Origin: Octopus bimaculoides
Lineage: Eukaryota
DNA: 47,211 nucleotides
Reading direction: 5' to 3'
Assembly: GCF_001194135.2 (NCBI RefSeq)
Contig: NC_069001.1
Coordinates: forward strand, 31,614,394-31,661,604
The position numbers and the translations under genes are program-made. Position 1 is the stretch's first letter. Each line of letters begins with the position of its first letter. Positions 47,175 through 47,211 of this stretch are shown piece after piece. The notes under the pieces were generated by a model, which saw only the letters and a program-made list of their open reading frames with translations, was not told the origin of the DNA and did not search any database.

Positions 47175-47211
<37 letters not shown>

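Overview
Eukaryotic, AT-rich, repeat-saturated DNA from a fragmented draft assembly, with 12 N-gaps totalling about 4.8 kb. The SINE families and the extreme microsatellite density look like octopus/coleoid cephalopod DNA; this is recognition from memory, not a database result. I cannot confidently identify any host protein-coding gene, RNA gene, CRISPR array or prokaryotic system, so the window reads as intronic or intergenic. It contains about 40 copies or fragments of five SINE-like families (my working labels A-E), decayed LINE relics (R4/Dong-like with RLE, RTE, probably CR1) and a mariner 5' end with its HTH-coding region. It also has several distinct MITE-sized inverted-repeat elements (Tigger/pogo-like x2, Kolobok-like, TA-flanked, piggyBac-like end) and many micro- and minisatellites. 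Almost all ORFs in the supplied track are artefacts of microsatellites or N-runs. The best leads are: a perfect 97-bp inverted repeat carrying six ETS-type motifs beside a gap (33262-33477); a 184-bp palindrome next to an inverted SINE pair (41151-41752); a SINE with a triplicated Pol III promoter head (3162-3368); modular head/core/tail shuffling among SINEs; and one unexplained protein-like open frame running out of a gap (38010-38218, minus strand). I did not find convincing evidence of a new biological system. SINE boundaries are approximate (about +/-15 bp).
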